Assembly (NCBI RefSeq): GCF_965152275.1
Contig: NC_134246.1
Coordinates: forward strand, 34,532,151 to 34,596,150
DNA from: Natator depressus
Lineage: Eukaryota
Reading direction: 5' to 3'
DNA length: 64,000 nt
Part shown: positions 10,966-23,230 of the stretch, piece after piece
Numbering within the stretch: position 1 is the first letter of the stretch
Layout of the letters: each line of letters opens with the position of its first letter
Program-made: the position numbers and the translations under genes
Notes under the pieces: generated by a model
What the model was told of the DNA's origin: nothing
Seen by the model: the letters and a program-made list of their open reading frames with translations, nothing else
The model's database searches: none

Positions 10966-11769
10966 GTCATAAATATAAAGGGAAGGGTAACCACCTTTCT
11001 GTATACAGTGCTATAAAATCCCTCCTGGCCAGAGGCAAAATCCTTTCATCTGTAAAGGGTTAAGAAGCTCAGGTAACCTCGCTGGCACCTGACCCAAAAT
11101 GACCAATGAGGGGACAAGATACTTTCAAATCTGGAGGGGGCGGGGGAAAGGCTTTTGTCTGTCTGTGTGATACTTTTGCCGGGAACAGATCAAGGATACA
11201 AGCCCTTCAACTCCTGTAAAGTTAGTAAGTAATCTAGCTAGAAATGCATTAGGTTTTCTTTGTTTTGGCTTGTAAATTCGCTGTGCTGGAGGGAATGTGT
11301 ATTCCTGTTTTTGTATCTTTTTGTAACTTAAGGTTAGAGGGATTCTCTATGTTTTGAATCTGACTGCCTGTGAGATTATCTTCCATTCTAATCATACAGA
11401 GTGTTTCTTTTATCTTTGTTTTGTTCTTCTAGTAAAGTTCTGTTTTTTTAAGAATCTGATTGGGTTTTGAGGGTCCTAAGAAACCCAAGCTGGTCTGTGC
11501 TCAACTTGTTTATTCTCAAGCCTCCCCAGGAAAGGGGGTGTAAGGGCTTGGGGGGATTGCTGGGGGAAGAGGAACTCCAAGTGGTCCTTTTCCCTGGTTC
11601 TTTGTTAAAGCGCTTGGTGGTGGCAGCATACGGTTCAAGGACAAGGCAAAGTTTGTGCCTTGGGAAAGTTTTTAACCTAAGCAGGTAGAAATAAGCTTAG
11701 GGTCTGTCAAGGTTCCTTCCCCACTCTGAATTCTGGGGTACAGATGTGGGGACCTGCATGAAAGACCCT
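10965..11769 (-). mobile_element. Solo LTR of the Gmr1-like family in reverse orientation. The terminal ~65 bp (11705-11769) sit in forward orientation, a terminal inversion. It is inserted into the 75-bp intronic tandem array.
   Basis: It starts tgtcataaatataaagggaagggtaacc, the reverse complement of the LTR 3' end at 43900-43930. After ...ataagcttaggg, the sequence at 11705 reads tgtcaaggttccttccccactctgaattctggggtacagatgtggggacctgcatgaaagaccc, which is the LTR 5' end in forward orientation. Confidence 0.65.
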
Positions 11770-11898
11770 CTATGTCCCATTCCCTGCCCCCTTAAGCCAG
11801 CCAGTCTCAGCCTGCGGCGGGTCAACGCTGGCACTCCCTCAAAGGACAACGGCACCGTGTCCCATCTCTCAGTGTCTGGGGGTGTCTGTTCTGTTCTC

Positions 11899-12207
11899 TC
11901 ATTTCTCACAGTGGGCATCTATGGCCAGGGCCTGTACTTCGCGGCGGAGGCTGCACGGTCGGCGGACTAAGCTAAGCCCGACGCCCATGGGCACCGCTTT
12001 ATGTTCCAGGTGCGGGTGCTGACAGGGCAGTTCACCCAGGGCAAGAAGGACATGGTACTGCCCCCGGAGAAGCCGGACGGGGGTGGCCGTTACGACAGCG
12101 TGGTAAACATGGTCTCCCGCCCCAGCATTTTTGTCACCTTGTTCGACGACCTCACCTACCCTGAATACCTTATCACCTTCCGGGGCACCAGGCTGCCCCT
12201 GAACTGA
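11899..12207 (+). pseudogene. Terminal PARP catalytic exon with an in-frame TAA at 11968-11970. The natural stop is TGA at 12205-12207.
   Basis: tctcacag|TGGGCATCTATGGCCAGGGC. Both ORF pieces (11746.. and 12001..) are in the same frame, split only by TAA. The read is GIYGQGLYFAAEAARSAD*AKPDAHGHRFMFQVRVLTGQFTQGKKDMVLPPEKPDGGGRYDSVVNMVSRPSIFVTLFDDLTYPEYLITFRGTRLPLN. Confidence 0.55.
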
Positions 12208-13804
12208 GAACTGTGCTGCCCTGGGACAGGCCACAGGACCTGGGCACTGCTTGCCTGGCAGCCAAAGAACAGCTGTGGGGCCGGGCAGCATCGGGCATGG
12301 AACATGTGCACATGTGTGCTCGCGCATTGGTTAGATTCGGAACCGCTCGGCTGCATGTCCCCGGCCCTATACTGCTGACAGCTAATGGAGATTCTCAAGA
12401 GCATTCCTGGCATTCACAGCTCCAGCAGAGAGGACTGACTGGGCCAGGGGATGGGAAAGAAAGATGAGCTGAGACACATCCTGCTGCCCCCCACCACTCA
12501 GTTGTGTGTCATCAGCCCAGTACAGCTGCCCACTAGTGGGGATTCTCCATTTGCCAACAGCTGAGGGAATGTCCAGCTTGTTTCTGGGAGGCTGTATAAT
12601 TTCCTGTTACAATCTCCTGGCTGTTTCAGTCCTGTGGGCCTGACTCAGGGAAGGGCACAGCATCTTGTTGATCCAGCTGCACCCATGAGGAAGGAGGCAT
12701 GCTGGTAGGAGAAGATGGTTATAATTTCATGTAAATCAAAATATTTCACAAAAAGCAGGGGGCTCTGAAGGAGTTTTCTGGATAGGAAAAAGCACACTGC
12801 AATGAACATTTTCATTGTTTTCCAATCTCAATTCATGTCTTGATTCTGCTGTCAAATATCTAAAAAAAAATATTTTTTTGGATTATTTTGGTCCCCATCC
12901 CCCCTTCGTCTTCTTCTTTTTAAACATTTTCCCTACTGGACATGCAGGTGAGGGGACTTATATTGTCCCTCTAGTCCAGTGATCTCCAAACTGTGGGGTG
13001 TGCCCCTCTATGGGGGTGTGGAGGAACATTTGGGGCGGGGCACAGCAAGCTTGGGCCAGCCTGCTGTGGGGTGGGGAGCGAGCGCTACAGAGCCCTGCTC
13101 TGCGCCCAGCTCCACTCCATCCCCAGCCCCAGCTGCTGCTCCCCTCCCAGCCCCTGGCCCTGGCTAAGGGTTGCCAGGTGTCCGGTTTTTGACTGGAAAG
13201 TCCAGTCGGAAAGGGGACCTGCCCGTGTCCAGTCAGCATTGCTGACCGGACACTAAAAGTGTGGTTACCTGCAGTAAACAGCCTTTGCCACTCAGGGGCA
13301 GGAAGCCTGGAGGAGCATTCTGGGATGGCTCCGGCAAAAGAGGTACTGGCAGCTCCCCTGTCCTGCCCCAAGCACGACTCTCCCTCTCCGACCTTTTCCC
13401 AGCCACCCCCTGCCCTCTCACCCTGGCTCCTGGGGGATTGAGGACTAGATAAGGGGGGACATGATTGAAAATTTTTGGGGACCACTGCTCTAGCCCCAGA
13501 TCCTTTCTACATAAGACAGCAGATCAATGATCCACCCAGCCCGGTGACCCTTTTATGTGCCTGCCCTGATGCATGGGTCCCTTCAGTCTCTCCTGCCCAA
13601 GTTGCTCTGGTGTGGTTAAATAATGAAAGGGTCTTGGGCCTGGAGTGAGCGTGACTCTGTATCCTGGTGAGCCTGGCCCTCACACGGGCTAGGGGAGACC
13701 CCAGGTCTAATTCTCCTGCTCCAGTGAGTCATTATTCATCCCCACTGGAACAGCTTCAGCAGAAGAGACTTAGAGAGCCCTGACCACTGAGTTAAGTGAC
13801 ACCA

Positions 13805-14596
13805 TGTCAGGGTTCCTTCCCCACTGAATTCCGGGGTACAGATATGGGGACCCGCATGAAAGACCCCCTAAGCTTATTCTTACCAGCTTAGGTTAAAACT
13901 TTCCCAAGGCACAGATTCCTTTCTTGCCTTGGGATCGCTGCCACCACCAAGTGATTTAACAGACAATCAGGGAAAGGACCACTTGGAGTCCTAGTCCCCC
14001 AAAATATTCCCCCAAGCCTACACCCCCTTTCCTGGGGAAGGCTTCAGCATATATCCTCACCAATAGGTTACGAAGGGACTACAGACCCAAACCCCTGGGT
14101 CTTAGAACAATGGAAAAATCAGTCAGGTTCTTAAAAAGAAGGATTTTATTTAAAGAGAAAAAGGTAAAAGAATCACCTCTGTAAACTTAGGCTAGTAGTT
14201 AACCTTACAGAGTAGCAGTAAATTCAAAGAGCACAGAGGAACCCCCTCTAGCCTTCATTTCAAAGTTACAACAAAACAGGGATAAACCTCCCTCTAGCAA
14301 AGGGAAAATTCACAAGTTGAGAAAACAAAGATAAACTAATATGCCTTGCCTGGCTGTTACTTACAAGTTTGAAATAAGAGACACTTGTTTAGAAAGATTT
14401 GGAGAACGTGGATTGATGTCCGAAGAGCGAACGGCCACAGAAACAAAGAACCCAAAACAAAGCCTCTCCCAACCCCAGATTTGAAAGTATCTTTTGTCCC
14501 TATTGGTTCGTTTGGTCAGGCACCAACCAGGTTACTTGAGCTTCTTAACCCCTTACAGGTAAGGAGGCATTTTAGGCTACCCTTATGGTTATGACA
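13805..14596 (+). mobile_element. Solo LTR of a diverged relative of the same family (TGTCAGGG...TTATGACA).
   Basis: tgtcagggttccttccccactgaattccggggtacagatatggggacccgcatgaaagaccccctaagcttat ... gagcttcttaacc...ttatggttatgaca, colinear with the LTRs at 43106-43930 and 49034-49838. Confidence 0.6.
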
Positions 14597-15086
14597 CACC
14601 ACCTGCTCCTCCAGCCAGAGTTTAGATGGGACCCGCTCCTGTAGCCCAAGTCTGGGGTGCAGGAGCCTAAGCACAGGTGCGGATTGGGGCCTATAAGTGC
14701 TGCCAGGTTGGGTGGGACAGATTCTGGGAGGTTTCAGCCCATGATATGAGTGTTCATTAAAGATGAATCTTTCATGCCTGGCATCTCCAGAGTGAACCTG
14801 GAGGGCTGGCGACTCTAGGGCCTATGCGCGGTGCCTGTGATGAAGGGTTGGCACAGAGGGCAGCCTATTCCGGACTGCACCATCTTTTGTACTACTTTCC
14901 GGCCAGCTGCCCTGCCAGGACACCGTGCTGACCGACCGTCGCTGAGAGCCATCCAGACTCCAGCCGGGGCCATCAGCATTCAGTGTCTCCTCCTGCAGCC
15001 CCCTCCAGATAATCATGGACCGGGGCCTGTAAAGGGAGGGGAAGACCAGCATGATAAATTGGGATGAACTTCATCCTTTGTACTGA

Positions 15087-15300
15087 GTGTCATACCAATG
15101 GCCATACTGGATCAGACCAATGGTCCATCTAGTGCAGGGTCTCTTCTTTGCCAGAAGCTGGGAATGGGCAACAGGGGATGGCTCACTTGATGATTACCTG
15201 TTCTGTTCATTTCCTCTGAGGCACCTGGCATTGGCCACTGTCGGAAGACAGGATACTGGGCTAGATGGACCTTTGGTCTGACCCAGTATGGCTGTTCTTA
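15087..15300. mobile_element. MITE-like element with ~45-bp terminal inverted repeats (ccatactggatcagaccaatggtccatctag ... ctagatggacctttggtctgacccagtatgg).
   Basis: The inverted termini were read directly. The terminus is shared with the fragments at 1845-2045 and 39340-39400. Confidence 0.5.
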
Positions 15301-16520
15301 TGTTCTTCTAGACCAGGTGCTGTAATGGGAATGAAGCGAACAGGGCAATTTATTGAGTGATCAGCCAGTCCCAGCTTCTGCCAGTCAGAAGTTTAGGGAT
15401 ACCCTGAGCATGAGCCCTTTGCACCGAGATAGGGCCCTAGTTAAGAGCTGGGTCCTAGTGTGTGGGGGGAATGGGCAGGGGGCATCTCCACACAAGGTTG
15501 CACAGGAGACTGGCTGGGAGGAATGCTGCTCAGCATCACTAAGTTCCTTGCTGACTCCACAGGAATTAAAGTAGAGATCCAGAGAAAAGGCAAAGCTCTG
15601 AGGAAGGGCGGATGAGTGACTATAGGGCTCAGAAAGCAGTACCCAGGTCTAGGGAAGCTAGACGGCAGGATCTGATGGCCCTAGAGTGGGCATCAGACAA
15701 GAGATCTCAGCACCGGAGTGTCTCTGTGACAGTTCCATCCAGATCCAGTTGGCTTGGAAGAGAGAGTCAGAAACTGCATTTTCGCTCTTTGCTGTTCTTT
15801 CTTCTCCCCTTTTTGTGCTTGTGTCTTGATTTGTCTTCTAGGAATAAGATCCGACTTTAACAAGAGCAACCACAACTCCAGCCCATCTCCACAAACATCT
15901 TCTCTTTCCCCGCAAAGGACGGTTATCACCATCTTTGATAGCATCCAAGAGACATAGGGAGCTTTTCTTTCTAAAAACTCTCTCCACCTACAGGGCCAGG
16001 GAGCAAGGGGTGTTGTTCAACTGAAAGCTTGATTTAATACTTCACACTTCAAACACTCTTCAGCCTTCTTTTCTGTATCTTTAATGGAAGATTAATGAAG
16101 TAGTTATAATGGCATGTTTGCCTTGCGACTGGGCAGGCAGCGGTCTCTGCATACCAAACTCTGAGCCTTGTTTGACACCGTTTTATATCAGCTGGTGACT
16201 GGGTTATGTTGACTCTTTGGGCCCATGCAAAGTAGAACCCCGTTTATCGGCTCCTCCGTTATCTGGCCCTCTGCATTAACTGAACAACCAGGACTCCAGG
16301 GCCAGAAGTGGGCAATCTCTCCTGTGGCCGCTAGATGGTGCTAAAGCCCCACACATCCAGCTGCAGCCACTAGATGGCACTGCAGCCTCGCACTTCCCCG
16401 TTTTCGGTTTATCTGACTTTTTGATTATCCGAGCTGGCCCTGGTCCCAATTAGATTGGATAAGCAGGGCTCCGCGGTATGCCATCTAAATGAATACGGCA
16501 TGATTCACACAAAGTACCTT

Positions 16521-16691
16521 CAGAGTGGTAGCCGTGTTAGTCTGTATCACTAAAAAGAACGAGAAGTACTTGTGGCACCTTAGAGACTAACAAATTTATT
16601 TGAGCATCTGATGAACTGGCCCACGAAAGCGTATACTCAAATAAATATTTTAGTCTCTTAGGTGCCACAAGTACTCCTCGTTCTTTTTACA
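16521..16691. repeat. Second copy of the palindromic hairpin repeat, flanked by the direct repeat acaaagtac.
   Basis: cagagtggtagccgtgttagtctgtatcactaaaaagaacgagaagtacttgtggcaccttagagactaacaaatttatttgagcat...atgctcaaataaat...ttaggtgccacaagtactcctcgttctttttac. The flanks are cacaaagtacctt and acaaagtacttt. Confidence 0.65.
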
Positions 16692-17676
16692 AAGTACTTT
16701 GAAATCTTTGGGGTCACGATGCTGCTGAAGAAAACTGCTCAGTTCTTGTACTGCCCTTGTCTGCGTCAAGGGAACATCAGATACGCCACACTCAATCCAA
16801 CCTGAGTGCCATATCAAGTCCAGCATCCAGTCTCTGACAGTGATCAGACCTGGATGTTCAGAGGAAGGTTCACAGCAGAGAGATGTGGGATAAGCTGCCC
16901 CACAGTAGTCTCCAATAATTAGAGATTGGCTTAAGCCCTGAATGGTGTTTAATATCCCTTCCAAAAATGTTATCATAATTAACTATAACCCTGGATATGC
17001 TTCTTATCCAATCCTTATCTGTCTCTTGCTACATTTTTGGTCTCAGTGTCTCCCTGTGGCAATGAGTTCCGCAATCTAATTATGTGTCTTCTCCATGACA
17101 TCTGCACAAGCGTAGAACACCCTTCCAACAGCAATGCACAAAACCACCACCCTCATCTTATGCAGATCCTAGGACAATGAGAAGAGGTCTCGGCTTAAAG
17201 CACTTTTTCATTGCTCTATTATGTTTTTGTGCTTCTCTTCTTCTCTACAGCCATGCTACTGCATGCACTGGAATGGTTAGACTAAATGGACATATAGCTG
17301 GTCTATATGCAGAAATCCAACGGCAGCTAACAGGCCACTTCCACTTTTAGACTACCTGCAGACTTGAGCCCAGTGAACACTGTGTATGGTCCCGATCCTG
17401 CAGACAGATTCACTGTCATGCGGGTGCCTGGACTCACATTTAATTGCACTGGGATTATTCATGTGTTCGACCTATTCACTGGACCCAACCATTTGCAGGG
17501 ATGGACACTATCAGCATATTTATATGAGCATTGGAGTTCAGTAAGCTTATCACATTAAAAAGGGAGCTCTATCAGGTGCAATTGGGCCTACATTTTCACA
17601 AGGCTCCAAAAGCTAGGCCCTGAGGAAGAGATAGGAGAAAATCTTGAATGCCGTGGAAATGATCATGTGAAGATGG

Positions 17677-17880
17677 ATGCTTGGAGTTACAAGGAGGGAC
17701 CATGTTCGGAACGAAGGAAGTAAGGGAAGGGTGAAGGTGGCACCAGCTATAGAAAAACTGAGGGGATCCAGGCCAAGATGTTTTGGGAATGAGGAAAGAA
17801 GGTCGGAAGAATATATAGGAAACAGGGTGTTAAAGTTAGAAGTGGAAGGGAAGAGAAGGGCTGGAAAGTCCCTGTACTAG
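17677..17880 (+). mobile_element. Short LINE ORF2 C-terminal fragment, RTE/BovB-like by a remembered motif.
   Basis: The ORF reads GVTRRDHVRNEGSKGRVKVAPAIEKLRGSRPRCFGNEERR. It resembles the GVTRRDRIRNEDIR...VAPIEEKLRENRLRWFGHV block that I recall from RTE-clade LINEs. I cannot verify this without a search. Confidence 0.35.
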
Positions 17881-18342
17881 TTTCTGAGGAACTGCTTCAA
17901 GACAGCTTGGAATGGCAAAAAGGGAATCACAGAGCCAAACCCACATAGATGGCAGAAGGTGAATAACATTTCCATTCAGACAGTGTAGTAAAGGGTTCAG
18001 ACACTGTATTGCAAGATTGTGATGTTATAATCTTCCCCATGTAAGGAGAAAATCCCATTCAACAGGCCTTGAGAATCCCCACCTGGCTCCTGATGCCTAT
18101 CCCCATGCTCCCTTTCCTCGGGAAAACAATGTCCTCCTGAGGCAGGTTGTCCTCCATTCTGTCCGCAAGATACAGAGGCTCGGCCCCACGGCGACCAACC
18201 ACAGAGGGAGCCCACCCACGGGAATAAGGTGAACCCTTCATCACAACAGAGCCCACAGCAAAGATAGGGTATAAAACGCAAGATAGGTTGGTAGGTGAAT
18301 GGGTCGGTAGACTGAGAAATCAATGGCGTTCAAGATGGTGAG

Positions 18343-18365
18343 GTAGATAGATAGATAGATTGATG
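18343..18365. repeat. (GATA)5 microsatellite.
   Basis: tagatagatagatagatagattga. Confidence 0.8.
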
Positions 18366-19504
18366 ATAGTGCTGATGAAAGGCTAAATAACACAAATGCT
18401 GCTGCTAGTGTACTGTAATATAACGTTGTACAATCAATAAAAAAATTATACTATTCACATAGAACACGGTTCAGAAATGTAGGGAGTAGTTCCTGATCTC
18501 TTGAAAAGGACATGACACATGTCACTAGTGCTCATTAGAGTCAGTCAACATGTGCTGTAAATGTTGGCCTTGCTTTGTGCCCTTGAGTTATTTCTGAACT
18601 CATCCCTGATTTTTCTGGATCCTTTGACAAACAATCTGAATGGGCAACTTCTTTTGCCCAAGAGTCTTCCATGAGTTGGTCACTTTTAATTGTTTTTCAC
18701 GTGATCGAAAATATCCCTTCCTAATTTTGCTGTAAGGACATCACCTTTCTTTCTGAAACCAGCTCTTCGAAACTGAACCTCTTTCCTAGAGACTTTATTT
18801 GTGTTCTTTTTTGGTTTGCTCTTTTCAAAAAAAACCAACCCCAACCCTAAAATAAAAGGTTATTTGGTACTGATTGTGGGGGGAGAGTGCCCTCCACTGA
18901 ATCTCCGGGCTGTTCCTCCGGGCTGCTCCCCCTTGTTGAGTACCACTGTCCAGGACTGTAATTCTTTGGAGAGTCTCTTTGTTTTGTACAGTGCCTCACA
19001 CAATGGGGTGCTGGTCCATGAATGGAGGGACTAGGTGCTACAATGACATGAAGAAGGGTGGAACAGCCCCTCTATCTGGAAGAATGAATCAGACCTGTAA
19101 GGTGCTTAGAATTTATTTGTCAAAATATTTCAAAAGTTTGTATTTCTGCTTTCTGCTTCATAGAAATCTACAACATTTATTTCATGGAGAAACAGAGAAA
19201 GCAAAAAGAGGCTTCAATTTGCAAAGGAGCCTAAGGGAGTTAGGTGCCCAAATTCTATTCAACTCTATTCAAATCAAATGCTAATGAGTTCCAAGCCCCA
19301 TTGTTTTTATTTTGCCAAGCTATAAATGCTGATTATCGACAATGGAAATATTTTCCTGGTGTGTGCTTGATGAAATCGACATTTACCAATATAATCAAAT
19401 CCTTCCATGCTTACATGTATGGAAATAGGTAACATCCCGTGTGAGTACTACTTGATATGTCACAGCTATTTAAAGGGTTAGCACTCGATACCTATACACT
19501 ATCC

Positions 19505-19720
19505 CAGCGGTTCTCAAACTGGGGATTGGGACCCCTCAGGGGGTTGTGAGGTCATTACATGGGGGGTGTGAAATGTCAGCCTCCAGCCCAAACCCCGCTT
19601 CACCTCCAGCATTTATAAGGTGTTAAATATATAAAAATGTGTTTTTAATTTATAAGAGGGTCACACTCAGAGGCTTGCTATGTGAAAGGGGTCATCAATA
19701 CAAAAGTTTGAGAACCACTG
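19505..19720. mobile_element. MITE-like element with 15-bp terminal inverted repeats (cagcggttctcaaac ... gtttgagaaccactg).
   Basis: Termini were read directly. It is ~216 bp, AT-rich inside, with no ORF. Confidence 0.5.
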
Positions 19721-20961
19721 CACTATCCCCTTTCTCTGGGCACATCCCAGGTCACTCATGACTTCTCTCTCACATGCAGCTGTCCTCTCTCTCTCCCCTA
19801 ATGCTGCACCTGTACAAACATAAAAACTCACTCACCTACTCTGTCCCAAATGTGCACCTCTATGAGGGGTGCCGGGAGTTCACCTCCACCAGGTAACACA
19901 TGTTAAAGGCAGTGTGCTCTATCTAGAATAGATTTGCTACTGACATCCTCCCTTCAATCCAAGCTGGACAAAGCCACTTTCTCTGTCACTCAGACACACC
20001 CATGTTCTCTCTCTCTCCAAGTACCTCTGCATTGGGAACAAAAGGTGACTCTTGAAAATGTGACAGCTGCAACATTTTAAAATCCTAGTGATCAAGGGCA
20101 AGATGAAGCTTTATGATGCATTAGCTGGTGTCACAAATCAGAGCAACTGCATTTATTCTACATCCACAATCCCTTGAGGGCACCCACTCCAGGCTCTGGA
20201 GCCATCCCTTCTCTGGGGCAATGAGTCACATCTCACTCCTGCCCGAGTGGGATTTTTCCAGGCTGCACAATTCCCTGCCTACACTGTGATCTCTCCAGCC
20301 AGTCAGACTGCCTCAGCTGGCCAGCGTCTGTGCTTTGCATTCTGTTTGAAGGAGCACATTTATTCCTAAGAGGAAAGCTTTGCAGAGAAAATATATTAAA
20401 AATTGTTCACATTCCTTTCTACACACTAAAAAGTTACAGTCTTAGAGAGCTGATAAAGTCCTTCCCATCCACCCCCCCCCACCCCGAGGAGGGCTTGGGG
20501 GTCCCCCGTTGGACAGAAGATGATGTCAGGTTGCTGGATCAGGAGGAAGGTCCCTAGTCAGTTTAAACTCAGGCTTTTTATCCAAAAGTCTTTTCTTTGT
20601 CTGTTGGCGTCTGGAGAAAATTTGCCTAATCACCCCGCACCGTTCTTTGTTCCTGGAGAGCTGTGGTCCTCCTACTGCATCGAATTACAGACAGTCCCCA
20701 GCCCACAATGATACATGAACTGAACGTAGTACGATCTTCCAAAGATAGTGCAGGAAATTGCCCCGTCTCTCACAGCTGGCAATCGATTGTCATTATGACA
20801 ATGAGCAATCATTGGACAAGCATGAGAATGACTCCGCTGTCTTGCCAATAAATAACTGACCTAGTGGTTGCAAGACGCAAGCTGAAGCCTGTGACAGGCA
20901 CTTCAATTAGCGATACACCAGGAAACAGCTTCAACAGGAAAGATTAAAAGAGCTTTCCTTT

Positions 20962-21130
20962 GGGTTACCCCATAGCTCAGTGGTTAAGGGCAGTTTGCTA
21001 TAATATGGGAGAACCCCCGTTCAAATCCTGTTTCCTATCAAGCACAAAGGGCAATTGAATCTGGTGTTTCTTATCCCAGCTGAGCACTGAACCAGTGGGC
21101 TAAAAGTTATCAAAAGACCTTTCCCACCCC
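20962..21130 (+). repeat. tRNA-derived SINE-like element with a recognisable A box (TAGCTCAGTGG) and B box (GTTCAAATCC). It is not a foldable tRNA.
   Basis: gggttaccccatagctcagtggttaagggcagtttgctataatatgggagaacccccgttcaaatcctgtttcc. The acceptor-stem complement is missing. Confidence 0.35.
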
Positions 21131-22969
21131 TTTGATTTTGTGCATCTATCTCTGTACAAATGACCCAAATTCCACTTTGGATTGAGGAAAGCAGGGTTTA
21201 TTCAACCCCCAAATGTTTGTGTTTTTTGATTCTCCAATTTTTTGTTGTTGCAATTTTTGGATTCTGTTGGACCCGAACTGAAATTTTGGGGGAAAATTTT
21301 TGAACTGCCGGTGAACTTAAAAATCAGTCATCCCCCCAGCTCAATTGCCTTCTTACCCTGCCCGAGCTCCCTTCCTCATTATTAGTGAGATCTTGAGGTC
21401 ACAGGTGAAAATTAGGCACCCGACACATTGGCCTTTCAATGGTGTTTGAGCACCTACCTGTCCTTTTTGCCCGCCCCCCCCAAGTTACAGTAAAACAAAG
21501 CAGAGCCTTACATCTATAGCACATCCCCTTTCTGTGCAGACACCAGAGGATCTGTGTGTGGATGGGGCAGGGACATGATATCTTCCTTCAGTGTTACATG
21601 ACTCCTGATCCCTATGGTATTAGCTCCCATGGCTCACAGAGGGATGCAGGAGTCAGCTGCTGTGTATCGCTAAGAGATCTTCCCTCTGGGGCTGAAGAAA
21701 CCTTTTGAAAATAAACATAAGGTAATGGGTTTATTCTGGGTCCTTAGAAAGGAAATCAGTGGAATGTTTGTACCGATTTCCATTATTACTTACAAACCAC
21801 CCAGGGAATTCCCAAAAAGTTTTTTAAAATGAAGCTGAGGCAGTCAGGCTCTCAGTAGGATGGATTACGTTCGAATTTCCCCTGCAGCATTACATGTTAA
21901 CTACAGCAGTAACTGCAGGACTTAGCTGGAATGGCATAGAGGTCTTCTCTAGAGGTGCTCAGAAAATGGGGCTTTTCTTTGTGACAGATGTGGATGAAAG
22001 CAGGGGAAATAATCATTTTTGTAGAAATTTTCATTGGAGAATGTGGCATTTCATCAAAAAACTGACAACTAAAGTTAAGATTTTGTCACAATTATTTTTA
22101 GTAGAAGTCACGGACAGGTCACGGGCAATAAAAAATTCACAGGGTGGGGGAGAGAAATGACAGCTAGAGTCTGTGGGGAACTGACAGGCCAAGCCCCACT
22201 GCCATGGTGGGGGCACAGCCCTGGCTCCAGCAGCTGCAGCTCCGGGGGGGGCGGGAGGGGAGGTGTGCAGAGCACCTTTGGAGCTGGCCGCAGCTGCAGG
22301 GCAGAGGCACACAAGTCCCAACTCCAACCCCAGCCATGGGCACACAGCCCTAGCCACAGCCATCGGGTGTGTGTGTGGTGGGGTGTGCATAGCTCCAGCC
22401 CCGGCAGAAGTTAGAGAGACAAGTTGAGGGAGGTAATATCTTTTCTTGAACCAGCTTGTGTTGGTGAGAGAGACAAGCTTTAGAGCTTCACAGTGCTCTT
22501 CTTCAGGTCTGGTAAATTTACCAGGACAGGTCTACACTACAGAACTATATCGGTATAATTATGTTGCTCAGCGGTAATCAACACACCTGAATGATGTAGT
22601 TATACTGACATAATTCCCCATGTAAACAGCGCTGTAGTGACAGGAGGAAGCGTTGCTACTAGCTGATAACACAGAGCAAGCAGTTTCTAAGTTTCTAAGA
22701 AGCTTAGAAGCTTCTTTGGCATGGTGGGTCACCCCTCTTAGAAAGCTTAATCACTCAGGCCCTCTTTCTATGTCCAAACTTGGTTTCCTCACTCACCGAA
22801 ATGTTGGGGTACACTTACTCCATAAGGTGGTATGTTTGTATATATTGATGACATATACATACATATTAATGTCATTAGATGGTTCTCATGTTTGTTATTT
22901 TAGTCCTCCCAGTTATTTCGGTTCTTTCCTTGTGGTATACCTGTTAAGCTTACAGAAAGTATGAACTTA

Positions 22970-23230
22970 GGGTATATCTACACTACGAAATTAGGTCGAA
23001 TTTATAGAAGTCGGTTTTGTAGAAAGAGGTCTTATACAGTTGATTGTGTGTGTCCCCACACAAGTCCTCTAAGTGCATGTAGTCGGCGGAGTGTGTCCAC
23101 AGTACCGAGGCAACCGTCGACTTCTGGAGCGTTGCGCTGTGGGTGGCTATCCCACAGTTCCTGCAGTCTCCGCCGCCCATTTGAATTCTGGGTAGAAATC
23201 CCAGTGCCTGATGGGGCTAAAACATTGTCG
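22970..23230 (+). repeat. Harbinger left TIR / subterminal region.
   Basis: Inverted match to 27300-27742. Confidence 0.6.

Larger units (their letters stand above)
1..12207 (+). pseudogene. PARP14-like (macro-domain / WWE / PARP catalytic) multi-exon gene, apparently pseudogenised. Its 5' end lies outside the window. Only the last two exons were read, so the HYL signature cannot be fully confirmed here.
   Basis: GT/AG-bounded exons were read in frame from the ORF track. Macro-like segments include VSFPLLGAGQTLPAMLEEISCFLEHQP. The WWE-like exon reads WQHLAPAGWRPFSVATNQQLETAYAEIEWDGQRVEIDLL. The PARP catalytic exons read NEHLLYHGTQPENRHSIQEIG, GIYGQGLYFAAEAARSAD, and AKPDAHGHRFMFQVRVLTGQFTQG...YPEYLITF. 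That last signature is remembered for PARP14/15. The lesions are listed as separate features. Confidence 0.6.

Noticed and set aside
9700-10970. Regularly spaced ~75-bp GC-rich repeats that look superficially array-like (repeat-spacer).
   Set aside because: This is a eukaryotic intron. The units are contiguous tandem minisatellite copies without unique spacers, so it is not CRISPR. The overlapping ORFs (9110-9937 minus, 10208-10972 plus) are spurious.
12208-12900. 3'UTR or poly(A) signal of the PARP14-like gene.
   Set aside because: No canonical AATAAA was found in a sensible position. An A/T run at 12850-12875 is probably genomic low complexity.
20962-21035. Possible tRNA gene (TAGCTCAGTGG and GTTCAAATCC boxes).
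   Set aside because: The 5' GGGTTAC has no complementary 3' acceptor strand and no cloverleaf can be drawn. It continues into a ~170-bp body, so it is a tRNA-derived SINE-like repeat, not a tRNA gene.
22527-22640. Possible extra MITE with tctacactac-type termini (gtctacactacagaac ... gcgctgtagtgacagg).
   Set aside because: The right terminus is only a partial inverted match. Related gtgtctacac strings at 39100-39345 and 52180-52200 are in direct, not inverted, orientation. The evidence is insufficient.
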